A stretch of DNA of 64,000 bases from Polyangiales bacterium (GCA_044229975.1 JBGARZ010000008.1:224001-288000); one strand, 5' to 3'. Positions 19,760-30,308 are shown, numbered from the stretch's first letter. Notes: generated by a model not told the origin, from the sequence alone. Numbers and translations: made by a program.

Positions 19760-21078
19760 GGGACGAGCTGCGACCGGATGGCGTCGATGTACAGCGGCGC
19801 GATCGAGTACGTCGCCTTCTTCCCGACGATCGGCGCCAGCAGCCGCAGGAGCAGCGGGTTGGGCGGCAGCTCCTCGTCGAACGCCACCTGCACCCGGCCC
19901 TCACGCACCTCCGCGTCCACCCGCTCGATCACGAACACCAGCTCCGGCTCTCGACGCCACGCGAGCAACTGCTGCCGGAGCTGCGTCTGCACCCGCGCCA
20001 GCGTCACCGGCCGCTCGCTCGGCAACACCTTCACGCGAATCTCCTCGCAGTGCTGCAAGAACATCCCGACCCGCCCCTCCACCCGGTTGGCGAGCCACTT
20101 CAGGGCCTCTTCGTCGTACACCGCCTCGCCGTCGTTGAAGCACTCGATGCGCTTGCGATAGACCGCCAGCAAGGCCTCGGCGCTCTCCCACGTCCCGATC
20201 TCGCCGAGCGGCTTCAGCTCGTTGTGCCGACCGTTGTACGAGTGCGGTCGCACCGTCACCACCACCACGCAGCGCCCCGCCGCCGCCAGCTCGCCGAGCT
20301 TGTCGAGCAGCACCCGACACGCGTCGCCGTTCTCGCGCTGCGGGTCGAGCAGGTCGAGGTCGTCCACGAGGAAGAGCACCCGACGATCGGTCGCCACCCC
20401 GCGGCGAAACTCCAGCAGGCGCTGTATCCACGCCACGACGTGGTCGTCCGTCGACAGCGCGATGACCCCTTTGACCTTCTGCGCCTCGCTCTTCGATTGA
20501 TCGTCCGAGCGCGACGCTTCAGCCTTCGCCTCGAACTTCGGCTCCCCCACCAGCCCCGACGTCGGAACCGGCGCCTTCAGCGTGATCGAGGGCGCAAAGC
20601 TGAACCCGAACTTGATGGACCGTTGGCGGGCTTCGGCCGTCGTGTACTCGACCTCCAGCTTCTCCGCCGGGTCTTCGATCAACGGCAGGACGTCGTAGTA
20701 CTCCCTGAGATCTCGACTCCACGCGTCCATCGCCTCCTGCGTCTTGAACGAGTCGGGGAAGCTCGGGAGGGACTTGAGGAGGCTCGAGTACATCTTCGCG
20801 AGCACCCGCCGCGCCGTGCTCTTGTCGCTCGCCTGGACCACCAGTCGCTCGAACTTCGCCCCCCGCGCGATCGCCTCGACCACGAGGTAGCGGGCGAAGT
20901 GCGACTTGCCCGCGCGGGTCGGCCCGTGCACCGCCAACGGCAAGGTCGGGATGGCGTCCGACAGCAGAATCTCCAACCCGTTTTCCAGCTCGATCTCGCG
21001 GTTGTGAAACAGCCGGCGCAGGTCGTCCTCATCGTCCGGCGGATTCGGGTGAAACAGCAGTGCCGGGCTCTTGCTCAT
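19756..21078 (-). CDS. P-loop (AAA/STAND-like) ATPase
   Basis: FHNREIE, Walker A GPTRAGKS, Walker B FLVDDLD and VEGRVG. ATGA overlap with the NACHT gene. Confidence 0.8.
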   Translation of the reverse strand: MSKSPALLFHPNPPDDEDDLRRLFHNREIELENGLEILLSDAIPTLPLAVHGPTRAGKSHFARYLVVEAIARGAKFERLVVQASDKSTARRVLAKMYSSLLKSLPSFPDSFKTQEAMDAWSRDLREYYDVLPLIEDPAEKLEVEYTTAEARQRSIKFGFSFAPSITLKAPVPTSGLVGEPKFEAKAEASRSDDQSKSEAQKVKGVIALSTDDHVVAWIQRLLEFRRGVATDRRVLFLVDDLDLLDPQRENGDACRVLLDKLGELAAAGRCVVVVTVRPHSYNGRHNELKPLGEIGTWESAEALLAVYRKRIECFNDGEAVYDEEALKWLANRVEGRVGMFLQHCEEIRVKVLPSERPVTLARVQTQLRQQLLAWRREPELVFVIERVDAEVREGRVQVAFDEELPPNPLLLRLLAPIVGKKATYSIAPLYIDAIRSQLVP

Positions 21079-21192
21079 CGGGTCGTGCGGCGACTCTACG
21101 TCAGCCCGCGGAGGCCATCCAAACGCCTGCACTTCACGGCCGCATGACTCGCCCTGCGATCGACGCCGGCTCCAACCTTGCCAACGCCCCGC

Positions 21193-22137
21193 TCACCCCA
21201 CCCTTCGACGCGCCAGCAGCCAGATCAGCGCCGCCGCGCCCAGCGCCGACGTCACCACGCCCACGGGCAGCTCGCGGTCGGACAACACCACGCGCCCGAC
21301 GGCATCGCACAAGGGCAGAAACGCCGCGCCCACCACCGCCGAGACCGGAATCAGCACCCGTCGATCGGCGCCCACCACCCGCCGCACCACATGCGGAACG
21401 ATGAGGTCCACGAAGGCGATCGGCCCGCACCACGCCACGCACGCCGACACGCCCAGCGAGCCCACCAGGATGCACGCCGTCCGCACGCGTGAGACGTCGA
21501 CGCCCTGCCCGTGCGCCTGCTCCTCGCCCGCCGCCAGCGCCGCGAGCGCCCGCACCTGCGCCAGCATCGCGACCACCGTCACCATCGCCACCGCCGCGAG
21601 CGCCGCGATGCCGCCGTAGCCCACCTGCGCGAGACGCCCGATGGACCACTGAAACACCGCCACCGTCGCCGTCGGATCAGCCTCCGACTGCAACGCCGTC
21701 GAGAGCGCTCCGGCCGCGAGCGAGCACGCGATGCCCGCCAGGATGATGTCCGCCACGCGCGTCCGGTGACGCGCCGCCACCGCGGCCACGAAGAGGCTCA
21801 CCGCCGACGACACCACGAAGGCCGCGAGCGTGAAGACCGGGAGCGTTCCGGCGGTGTGCGCGGGCCACCAAAGGGCCGCCATCGTTGCGCCGAGGACGGC
21901 GCCGGCGGTGGTGCCGATGGTTCCGGGCGTGGCCAACGGGTTGTGGAAGACGGTCTGAAACACCGCGCCGACCACGCCGAGCACCGCGCCCACCAGCGCG
22001 CCGACGAGCACCCGCGGGACGCGCAACTGACCCAGCACGAAGGGCCACGCCTCGGCCGACACCGACACGCCGACGAAGGGCATCGCGGCCACCACCGCGA
22101 CCGCGACGAGACACACCAGCGCGAGGCGACGGTTCAC
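21193..22137 (-). CDS. FecCD/BtuC-family ABC permease
   Basis: LRVPR, FQTVFHNPLATP, GEEQA..GV, GPIAFV.LIVPH and ELPVGVVTS. GTG start with GGAGG RBS. Confidence 0.93.
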   Translation of the reverse strand: MNRRLALVCLVAVAVVAAMPFVGVSVSAEAWPFVLGQLRVPRVLVGALVGAVLGVVGAVFQTVFHNPLATPGTIGTTAGAVLGATMAALWWPAHTAGTLPVFTLAAFVVSSAVSLFVAAVAARHRTRVADIILAGIACSLAAGALSTALQSEADPTATVAVFQWSIGRLAQVGYGGIAALAAVAMVTVVAMLAQVRALAALAAGEEQAHGQGVDVSRVRTACILVGSLGVSACVAWCGPIAFVDLIVPHVVRRVVGADRRVLIPVSAVVGAAFLPLCDAVGRVVLSDRELPVGVVTSALGAAALIWLLARRRVG

Positions 22138-22928
22138 GTCTCCTCCGTCGCGCGATCGGCGATGATGACCCGTCGGGCCCCTACTTGAGCCGCACGCATC
22201 GGCGTCCCGAAGAGCTCGCTCAAGCGCGATGGGAGAGTGTCCGAGTCGTAGGGCTCGTCGAAGCGAACGCTCCCCTCGGCGATGCCCACGACGCGCACGC
22301 GAGAGCGTCGCTCGGGGCCGCAGGCGAACTCGATGAGGTTCACGTCGTGGGTGACGCAGAGCACGCTGCGACCTTCGGTCCAGAGCGCGCCGATGAGGCC
22401 GTAGAGGATGATCTGTTGCGCCGGGTCGAGGTGGTTGGCGGGCTCGTCGAGGAGCACGCCCGCGGCGTCCTGGGCGAGGAGCGCTGCGACGGCCACGCGC
22501 TGGCGTTCGCCGCCCGAGAGCGAGGTCATCGCGCGGTCGACGAGGGCGTCGCAGCGGGTGCGGGAGAGCGCGCGACGAGCAGCATCGCGCGAGGCGGCGT
22601 GGGACTCGCGGAAGCGGTAGCGCGCGGCGGCGACGTACTCCAACGCGGGCACGGGCTCGCGGACGGCGTCGTGTTGGGGCAGCCACGCGAGGGACGCGGC
22701 GCGGCGGCGGGCGTCGAGGGTGGCGACGTCGAACCCTTGGAGGCGAACGGTTCCGGCGGTGGGGCGCAGCAGGCCGACGGCGGCGCGGACGAGGGTGGTC
22801 TTGCCCGCGCCGTTGGGACCGACGACGGCGACGAAGCCTCCCGCATCGAGGCGCAGCGAGACGCGGTCGAGCAGGGTGCGACCGCCCGCCGTCACCGAGA
22901 CGCCGTCGAACTCCAGCGCGGCACTCAT
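22134..22928 (-). CDS. ABC transporter ATP-binding protein (FepC/BtuD type)
   Basis: GPNGAGKT, LSGGERQR, LLDEP and VTHD. Confidence 0.95.
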   Translation of the reverse strand: MSAALEFDGVSVTAGGRTLLDRVSLRLDAGGFVAVVGPNGAGKTTLVRAAVGLLRPTAGTVRLQGFDVATLDARRRAASLAWLPQHDAVREPVPALEYVAAARYRFRESHAASRDAARRALSRTRCDALVDRAMTSLSGGERQRVAVAALLAQDAAGVLLDEPANHLDPAQQIILYGLIGALWTEGRSVLCVTHDVNLIEFACGPERRSRVRVVGIAEGSVRFDEPYDSDTLPSRLSELFGTPMRAAQVGARRVIIADRATEET

Positions 22929-23791
22929 GGGCCAGCGGGCAACGAGCGGAGCGCAGCCTCGAAGATGTCCACCACGTGGATGATGCGCGGGCCGACCGAG
23001 AGGCACGCCTCGCAGTCGACCACCCGGACGGCGCCGCGACGAACGGCCGCGAGGTCGGAGAGGGCGCTCCAGGCGGTGAGGTGGCGGGCGCGCTCCTGGG
23101 GGTCGACGCCGTCGCGCGGAAGGATGACGACCACCGCGTCGGGGTTGAGCTGGCGTAGCCGGTCGAGGTCCATGGAGGGGCGACCGACGATGTCGTGGTC
23201 GACGGCGTTGCGGCCACCGGCAGCTTCGAGGGCGGCGCCGGTGATGGAGTTGCGCTGGATGAAATCGACGCCGCCGTGCAGGTCGGGCGAGCTCGCGAAG
23301 GCGAGCAGGACCCTCAACGGAGAGGTGGGCGGGCGCGGTCGCAGGCGGGTCTGCATCTGGTCGGCGAGCGCGTCGGCGGTGGCGGCATGGTCGGTGAGGC
23401 GACCGAGCGAGCGCACGCCCGCGATGACCTCGTCGACGGTCTTCCAGCGGAGCAACGTGGTGGGCGCGATGCGCGAGAGCTGGGACCCCTGGCTGGTGGG
23501 CCCGGCGCTACCAAAGATGCGCGTGGGACGGACCTCGGCGATGCGGGCGTAGTCCGGGGTGAGGATGGTTCCGACGACGGGGAGAGCGCGAACCTCGGAG
23601 GGATGGGTGCAGTAGGGGGTTCGGGCGACGACCTGCGGGCCCGCGCCGATGGCGAAGAGGGTCTCGGTCATCGCGGCATCGAGCGAGACGTAGCGGGGCC
23701 CCGGGCGGGTGGCGGCCGGTCGACGGCACCCGACGAGCGCGACGGCGAGCAGGGCGACGAGACGCAGGGCCTGGCGGCGGGTCGACGACAC
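22925..23791 (-). CDS. ABC transporter substrate-binding lipoprotein (helical-backbone metal receptor)
   Basis: Lipobox LVGC, TETLFAIGAG..VVART.YC, AAGGRN and GPRI. Confidence 0.88.
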   Translation of the reverse strand: MSSTRRQALRLVALLAVALVGCRRPAATRPGPRYVSLDAAMTETLFAIGAGPQVVARTPYCTHPSEVRALPVVGTILTPDYARIAEVRPTRIFGSAGPTSQGSQLSRIAPTTLLRWKTVDEVIAGVRSLGRLTDHAATADALADQMQTRLRPRPPTSPLRVLLAFASSPDLHGGVDFIQRNSITGAALEAAGGRNAVDHDIVGRPSMDLDRLRQLNPDAVVVILPRDGVDPQERARHLTAWSALSDLAAVRRGAVRVVDCEACLSVGPRIIHVVDIFEAALRSLPAGP

Positions 23792-23874
23792 GAGCGTGGA
23801 GCGACGTCTACACGTTGGGCGCGGCGAGCGTAAAGGCGCCGCACGCGCCGCGCGTGGTGTATGGCCCTTGGCCC

Positions 23875-24642
23875 ATGAGCACGACCGTCGCCGACACCGC
23901 GTTCACCATCGCCGTCATCCGCGCCGACGAGAGCCGACTCCCGCCAGCGGAGCGCCTCTTCGAGGACCGCTACGCGCCGATCTTCGCCGCCGCCGGGGCC
24001 CACGCCGCCGAAGGGACGCAGCGCTTCCTCGACCTGCCGTTCTTCCGCGACGGCATCCGCCTCCGCACGCGCTTCATCGACGACGCCGTCCGGTCGGCCC
24101 TCTCCGACGGGATCACCCAGATCGTGACCCTCGGCGTCGGCTTCGACACGCGCGCCCTCCGCCTGCCCGAGGTCGCGGCGCACGGCGCGCGGGTCTTCGA
24201 GGTCGACTTCGCCGAGCAGCTCGCGGTCCGGAGCGCCTTGCTCGCCGGTGCGGGGGAGGCGCTGCCGCCGTCCGTCGCTCAGGTCGCGTGTGACTTCGCC
24301 GCGCCCGATTTCGAGGTCGGCCTCGCCGCGGGTCTCGCCGCGCAGGGCTTCCGCGCCGGGGCGGGGGCGCTCTTCGTGTGGGAGGGCGTCACGGCGTACA
24401 TCCCACGCGCGAGCATCGACCGTAGCCTCACGTTCATGGCGGGCGCGGGCGGCGCGGGCGGTCGGGTGGTCTTCGACTTCGGGAGCTTCCTCTTCGACCC
24501 GGACGACGCCGCGACGGTCGTCCGGCGCCACGGCTTCGCGGTCTTCGAGGAGTCGGGCTTCGACGACCTCTGGCGACGCTATCTGCCCGGCGAACCACAC
24601 GAGAACGCCTGGGTGGCCCGCATGGGCGTCGCGCGGGTGTGA
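23875..24642 (+). CDS. SAM-dependent methyltransferase (LCM family)
   Basis: TA..IA..RA.E, LRTRFIDD, QIVTLGVGFDTRA, VFEVD and WEGV. Confidence 0.9.
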   Translation: MSTTVADTAFTIAVIRADESRLPPAERLFEDRYAPIFAAAGAHAAEGTQRFLDLPFFRDGIRLRTRFIDDAVRSALSDGITQIVTLGVGFDTRALRLPEVAAHGARVFEVDFAEQLAVRSALLAGAGEALPPSVAQVACDFAAPDFEVGLAAGLAAQGFRAGAGALFVWEGVTAYIPRASIDRSLTFMAGAGGAGGRVVFDFGSFLFDPDDAATVVRRHGFAVFEESGFDDLWRRYLPGEPHENAWVARMGVARV

Positions 24643-24763
24643 GAGGAGAAGCTTCTGACGCCACGAAGCGCCGAGCGGGGAATACGCGCCACCCCCGCGT
24701 CATCGACCGCGGGCCTGCACATCAGCCGTCTTCCGGGGCGCGCCTACCGGTATCCTCCCCCCC

Positions 24764-25732
<969 letters not shown>

Positions 25733-25774
25733 TCGCGCGGGCGTTCAGGGAGACGGCGGCGCGTAGGGAGCGCG

Positions 25775-26494
25775 TCACTCCGTGGCTTCGAGCCACGCGA
25801 GCGCCTCGCGCCAACGCTCGCGCGCTTCGGGGCGGGCCGCGAAGCCGTGACCCCGCTCGCCGAGGTCGACGAAGCGCGCGTCGAAGCCCTCGTCCCGCAG
25901 CCGCTGGGCGGTGTCGCGGAGGGTACGCCAGGTTCCGTCGAGGCGACCCGCGGCGAAGACGGCGCGACGCACGCCCGCCCCGTCGAGGTCGGCCCTCCGC
26001 AGGTGGATGTACGCCCCGATGAACGCCACCCCGCGCCATCGCCCCGGCCTCGCCCGCGCCTGAAACCACGCCTCGTACGCTCCCTGCGAGAACCCGATGA
26101 GCACGCCCGGCGCGTTGCGATCGATGTTGTTGGGCGCGATCGCTGCGGCGGCCGCGCGGGCCCGGGCGACGGCGGCGAGGCGGCCGCTCAAGGGGCCGAT
26201 CCACGCGGCGCCGCCGCTGGGGAGACGACCGGGCGCGGTCGGGCAGACGAGCCACGAGCGGTCGGCGACGAAGTGACGGAAGTACGAGCACCCGGGCCGC
26301 GGATCGCCCCACCGCCCGTGCAGGTACACCGTCACCGGCCGCGGCGCGGTGACGTCGGCGGGCGCCACGATGTACGTGGGCGCCCTCGGGTCTCGGGTGA
26401 CTTCCATGGTGCGCGCCCCCTGGGCCCACACGCACGTGGCAACGCTGAGGACGCACGCGAACTCGCATGTGCGCCGTAGGACGGCTCGCAACAC
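25775..26494 (-). CDS. Secreted alpha/beta hydrolase (esterase-like)
   Basis: YLHG, GFSQG nucleophile elbow, AGRLD and GHGF. GGAGG RBS. Confidence 0.75.
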   Translation of the reverse strand: MLRAVLRRTCEFACVLSVATCVWAQGARTMEVTRDPRAPTYIVAPADVTAPRPVTVYLHGRWGDPRPGCSYFRHFVADRSWLVCPTAPGRLPSGGAAWIGPLSGRLAAVARARAAAAAIAPNNIDRNAPGVLIGFSQGAYEAWFQARARPGRWRGVAFIGAYIHLRRADLDGAGVRRAVFAAGRLDGTWRTLRDTAQRLRDEGFDARFVDLGERGHGFAARPEARERWREALAWLEATE

Positions 26495-26552
26495 TGTTCC
26501 CTCCGCTCGACGGGGTCGACGCCGCCGCGGGGGTGCGGCGAGGTCAGCGACT

Positions 26553-26579
26553 CATCGCGCGAGGGCCTCGAAGTGTGAC
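26553..26579 (-). promoter_or_regulatory. Putative ECF promoter, copy 2 (GTCACACT-N14-CGATG)
   Basis: 23/27 identical to 27534-27560; lies upstream of the hydrolase gene. Confidence 0.6.
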
Positions 26580-26583
26580 CGCG

Positions 26584-27513
26584 TCAGGGAACCATCGACG
26601 AAGGATCGGGCAAGACGGGCACGCTCGCGTCGGACCAGTCGCGCGTGCGTCGACGCACCGGCGGAACCATCGTCGTCGGAATGGGCACCGGCGTGGGGCG
26701 CGGCGGCGCGACGTGGACCGACGCGTCGACGTCGCCGGGCGGCATCGGCGGCATCGGCGGCATCGGCGGTGGCGGCGTGAGCGCGAGGTGGGCGAGCTGT
26801 CGCGCGCGCTGCACCGCGGGGCTGTCGTCGCCCACCGGGTCGAGCGCGCGGGCGGCGTCGAGGCCGTCCAGGCAGCGGGTCCATTCGAGTCGGTCGCAGG
26901 CGCGCAGGGCCTCGTCGCGCAGCCGCTGCGCGCGGGCGGAGAGCGCGACGATCTCGGGCGCCTCGATGAGCGGCGAGGGGCGGTGCTCGTGCGAGCGGGT
27001 TCCGCGCCACGCGAGGTAGGCGAGCACGCCCGCGAGGCCCGCCGCCGCGAGCTGGGCCCAGCGCATCCGAAAGAGCCGTCGCATGCGGCTCACGCGCTGT
27101 CGCACCTGCGGCGGCGGCAGGCGCGCCTCTTCGGCGATGGCCTCCAGGGTCTCGCCGTCACCCTCGCGCAGCAGCCACTCGAAGGTGCGACGCGTGTCGG
27201 AGTCCGGGGGCAGCTCGCCGACCGCCCATCGCAAGAGATCGCGCTCGGCTTCGGCGGCGCGCGGGGCGACCTGTTCGGGGACGGCGCCCACCACCTCGCG
27301 GCGCTGCCGACGGTGGTAGTCGGCGACCTTGTTGCGGGCGACGCCCCAGATCCAGCGGCGGGCCTCCTCGCGCTCGCGCGGTCGGTCGGTGGAGGCGACG
27401 GCCTCCGTCAGCGCGGCCTGCACCACGTCGTCGGCGTCCGCGGGCGGAACCCTCCGCCGCACCATGGCGAGCAGCGCGTCACGGAAGGCCGCGGAGGTCC
27501 AGTCGTCGTGCAT
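26584..27513 (-). CDS. ECF sigma factor fused to a TM helix, TPR-like hairpin and Pro-rich tail
   Basis: Region 2 (ADDVVQAAL..WIWGVARNKVADYHRR), region 4 (EAIAEE...VRQRVSRMR), TM LAAAGLAGVLAYLAW and CDRLEWTRCLDGLDAARALDP. Confidence 0.8.
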   Translation of the reverse strand: MHDDWTSAAFRDALLAMVRRRVPPADADDVVQAALTEAVASTDRPREREEARRWIWGVARNKVADYHRRQRREVVGAVPEQVAPRAAEAERDLLRWAVGELPPDSDTRRTFEWLLREGDGETLEAIAEEARLPPPQVRQRVSRMRRLFRMRWAQLAAAGLAGVLAYLAWRGTRSHEHRPSPLIEAPEIVALSARAQRLRDEALRACDRLEWTRCLDGLDAARALDPVGDDSPAVQRARQLAHLALTPPPPMPPMPPMPPGDVDASVHVAPPRPTPVPIPTTMVPPVRRRTRDWSDASVPVLPDPSSMVP

Positions 27514-27533
27514 GGAGGAGAGCATCGACGGTA

Positions 27534-27560
27534 CATCGCGAGAGGCCCGCGGAGTGTGAC
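27534..27560 (-). promoter_or_regulatory. Putative ECF promoter, copy 1 (autoregulatory)
   Basis: Directly upstream of the sigma gene; near-identical to 26553-26579. Confidence 0.6.
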
Positions 27561-27579
27561 GAGGCCGGTGGCGCTTTCT

Positions 27580-28854
27580 CTACGGGAGGCAGTCGACGGG
27601 CACCGCGTAGACCCGCTGGCCCTGCCCGAAGACCACGAGCGCGCCGCGTCGCGTCGGCACCACGCGCGTTTCTTCGACGAAGGACAGGGGCGTGTCGGGC
27701 AGCAGCCGGATGGGCTCCGCGAGGGGGGTGCCGCGCCCGTCGGTCACCACCAGGAAGAGGCGCGTGGCCGACGGGTCGAACACCGCCGTGTGCATGACGG
27801 CGAGCACCTCGTCACCGCGAACGTCCGCGTGAACCCCGGCGGCGGGGACCGTTCGCGCGAGGGTCACGGACTCGCCCGCCGGGCTCACGTCAGCGCGCAG
27901 GGCGCGGACGGTGATGGCCTGCCGATGCCAGGTCGCCAGCAACCCGTCGCCGGTCTCCAGCACGCGCGCGGGTGAGTACGCGCCCTCGCCGCGATCGAGC
28001 ACCACGGCGTCGCCGAGGGCGGTCCCCCGCCGGTCGAAGCGTTGGGCGTACAGCGCGACCTCGGCGCCCGGCATGATCGTGCGGGCCTCTACCCACGTCG
28101 CCACGAAGCCACCCGAGACGACGGTTCGGGTCATCGGCCCGGAGGTCGGCGCCTCCGTCATCGGCAGGCGCGTGGGCATCCCCGCAAAGCGCCCGTCCTC
28201 CGACAGAAACACGAGCTGATCGCCCCACAGCGCGCGCACCTCCGAGGTGAGGAAGCTCCACCCGTCGTCCGTTCGCGCGATCGACCCGCAGCCCGACAGG
28301 GAGAAGCCTCCTAGGGTGTTGAGCTCGACGTTTTGCGCGAGCTGCGACCCGTCGCCGCGGAAGCTCACGAACGCGCACGCGCCACGGTCGGTCTGTCCCG
28401 CGGCGAGCATGACGGCGGCGTCGCGCGCGGCGTCCCAGGCCATCGAGAATTGCAGGTCGGCCATGCGCGGAAGGGAGACGACCGCGCCGCGGCTCATGCG
28501 GCCGGGCGCCGACCACGGGTGGACGCTCCCGTCGTCGCGCACTCGGCGGACGTGAACGCGGTCGGGCCCGTTGGCGGGGTCGCGCTCGCGCCACGCCACC
28601 AGGGCGCCGTCGGGCGTGGCGATCGCGTCGACGAGCTGGAAGCGCTGTGGGTCGGACGGGTCGGAGACGACGACGAGGGGACCGCTCGTCGCACGCCGAC
28701 ACGTGCCGAGCACCACAGGTGCGTCGACCGTGGCTGCGACGTCGGCGGTCCCACCATCGAGTTGCACCGCGGTGACCGACGACCCGCAGGCTGTCACCAG
28801 CAGCGCGGCGACCGACACCGCACGCACCCCAGAGGCGAACGACAAGCAAGTCAT
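27580..28854 (-). CDS. Hypothetical lipoprotein (beta-rich, propeller-like)
   Basis: Lipobox LVTAC and repeated G-x-L/F-V-A/T-W strands. Confidence 0.7.
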   Translation of the reverse strand: MTCLSFASGVRAVSVAALLVTACGSSVTAVQLDGGTADVAATVDAPVVLGTCRRATSGPLVVVSDPSDPQRFQLVDAIATPDGALVAWRERDPANGPDRVHVRRVRDDGSVHPWSAPGRMSRGAVVSLPRMADLQFSMAWDAARDAAVMLAAGQTDRGACAFVSFRGDGSQLAQNVELNTLGGFSLSGCGSIARTDDGWSFLTSEVRALWGDQLVFLSEDGRFAGMPTRLPMTEAPTSGPMTRTVVSGGFVATWVEARTIMPGAEVALYAQRFDRRGTALGDAVVLDRGEGAYSPARVLETGDGLLATWHRQAITVRALRADVSPAGESVTLARTVPAAGVHADVRGDEVLAVMHTAVFDPSATRLFLVVTDGRGTPLAEPIRLLPDTPLSFVEETRVVPTRRGALVVFGQGQRVYAVPVDCLP

Positions 28855-28902
28855 GGCGGTAGGTCGTAACGCATCGGGCCGCCCTCTGGTACGACGCGGC
28901 GC

Positions 28903-29613
28903 ATGTCATGGCGCCGGTGGACGACGGTGGCGATTGCGCTGGTTTCGCTGGACGGCTGCATGGAGGACGCCTGGGCGCAGCACGCGAACCCCGACCCCCA
29001 CGCGGGTCCTCGCACGTCGGGTCCGAGCATCCTCGACGCGCTCCACCGCAGGTCCGACGCGGGCTTTCCGTCGCGCGCCGCTGACGCCAGCGACACCGTG
29101 AGCGGATCGCTCGGCGACACCATCGGCGACCGCTTCGGGTGGCAGGGTCTCGGCTCATCGGGTGGGTACGATCGTGCGCGTGACGGCGGGGTCGCCGTCC
29201 CCGCGGGGCAAGGCACCATCGGCATCGGGCGCCTCGCTCCCCGGGGCGACGGCGGCACCTTCGGCGCAGGCGCGATGGGCGTTCGTCCCAGCGGGCGTGG
29301 GCGCTTCGAGGCGCTGACGGTGGAGGGTCCGGTGCCGACCTGGGAGGTGCAGGCTGCCCTGTCGAGGGTCGCGGCTCGCACCAACAACTGCCTCGTCACC
29401 GCCCGGCAGACGGGCAACCTGGACATCATGGTGCGCCTCGAGTTCGGGGCTCCGCCGACGGCGCCGAGCGCGATCTACGACACCACCAACGCGGTCGTAC
29501 GCCAGTGCATGACGGAGGCGCTCGCCCGCGCGCTGGTCTCGGCGTCGACGCCGGTGACCCGGGTGACGGCGCGCTTCCGACGGGAGTCCCCGCCCGACGC
29601 CGGGCGACCCTGA
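28903..29613 (+). CDS. Secreted Gly-rich protein with AgmX/PglI (TonB_C-like) C-terminus
   Basis: Gly-rich GTIGIG region; V...L......C...C pattern in the C-terminal domain. Confidence 0.55.
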   Translation: MSWRRWTTVAIALVSLDGCMEDAWAQHANPDPHAGPRTSGPSILDALHRRSDAGFPSRAADASDTVSGSLGDTIGDRFGWQGLGSSGGYDRARDGGVAVPAGQGTIGIGRLAPRGDGGTFGAGAMGVRPSGRGRFEALTVEGPVPTWEVQAALSRVAARTNNCLVTARQTGNLDIMVRLEFGAPPTAPSAIYDTTNAVVRQCMTEALARALVSASTPVTRVTARFRRESPPDAGRP

Positions 29614-29622
29614 GCGCCTACG

Positions 29623-30303
29623 TCACCGCTCCGGCCTGAACGTGAACGGAAACTCGAACTCCACCGGCGCCCCGCGCGCCGCGGGCCACTGCAACCCCCG
29701 CAGGTGTCCCACCACGCAGTGCCCGACGTCGCGAAACCCGGGCGGCCCCGACGCCACCGCGTGCGTCATGCGACCGTCCACCGACAGCGTGAAGCGCACC
29801 CTCACCAGCCCGGTCAGCTCGCCGTTGCCCCGCAGCGCGTCCTCGTAGCACCGCCGCAGCTCGGGGATCTCTGCCAGTATGATCGCCGCGACCGCCGCGG
29901 GGTCCACCTCGCCCGTCACCTCCGGCGCCGCCGCCACCGCGCCCGCTGCCATCGCTCGCCCTCCCCGCGGCGACAGCGTCCACTCGGCGTTGCGTCGCGT
30001 CGCCGCAAACGGCGCCACCCGCGCGCGCTCCAGCGCCATGCTCACGCACTGCTGCACCGGCACCGGCGTGCCCTCCGACGCCGCCACCCGCTCCGCCAGG
30101 AACATCCCCGACGCCCCGTCGAAGAACCCGCCCACCGTCACCGAGTTGCCCGCCGCGAGGCACTGCCGCGCCCGCGCGCTCGCGGCCTCGAAGGCCGCGT
30201 CCACCGTCTCGTCCGAGGGCGCCGCGGACCTCGTCGGCCGCACCGTCGGCGCGCTCGCGCAGGCCGTCATCAGCGCCACTGCGACCCACACGCCCACGCG
30301 CAT
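29623..30303 (-). CDS. Lipoprotein with AgmX/PglI C-terminal domain(s)
   Basis: Lipobox MTAC, LRRCYEDALRGNGELTGLVRVRFTL..DG and CV...L....WP...FEFPFTF. Confidence 0.75.
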   Translation of the reverse strand: MRVGVWVAVALMTACASAPTVRPTRSAAPSDETVDAAFEAASARARQCLAAGNSVTVGGFFDGASGMFLAERVAASEGTPVPVQQCVSMALERARVAPFAATRRNAEWTLSPRGGRAMAAGAVAAAPEVTGEVDPAAVAAIILAEIPELRRCYEDALRGNGELTGLVRVRFTLSVDGRMTHAVASGPPGFRDVGHCVVGHLRGLQWPAARGAPVEFEFPFTFRPER

Positions 30304-30308
30304 GGTGG

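Noticed and set aside
17280..21190. Integrative element boundaries around the NTPase pair
   Set aside because: No integrase, tRNA or flanking direct repeat was found by eye.
23792..23874. Cobalamin riboswitch upstream of the BtuFCD-like operon
   Set aside because: The intergenic space is only about 80 bp and no B12-box is visible.
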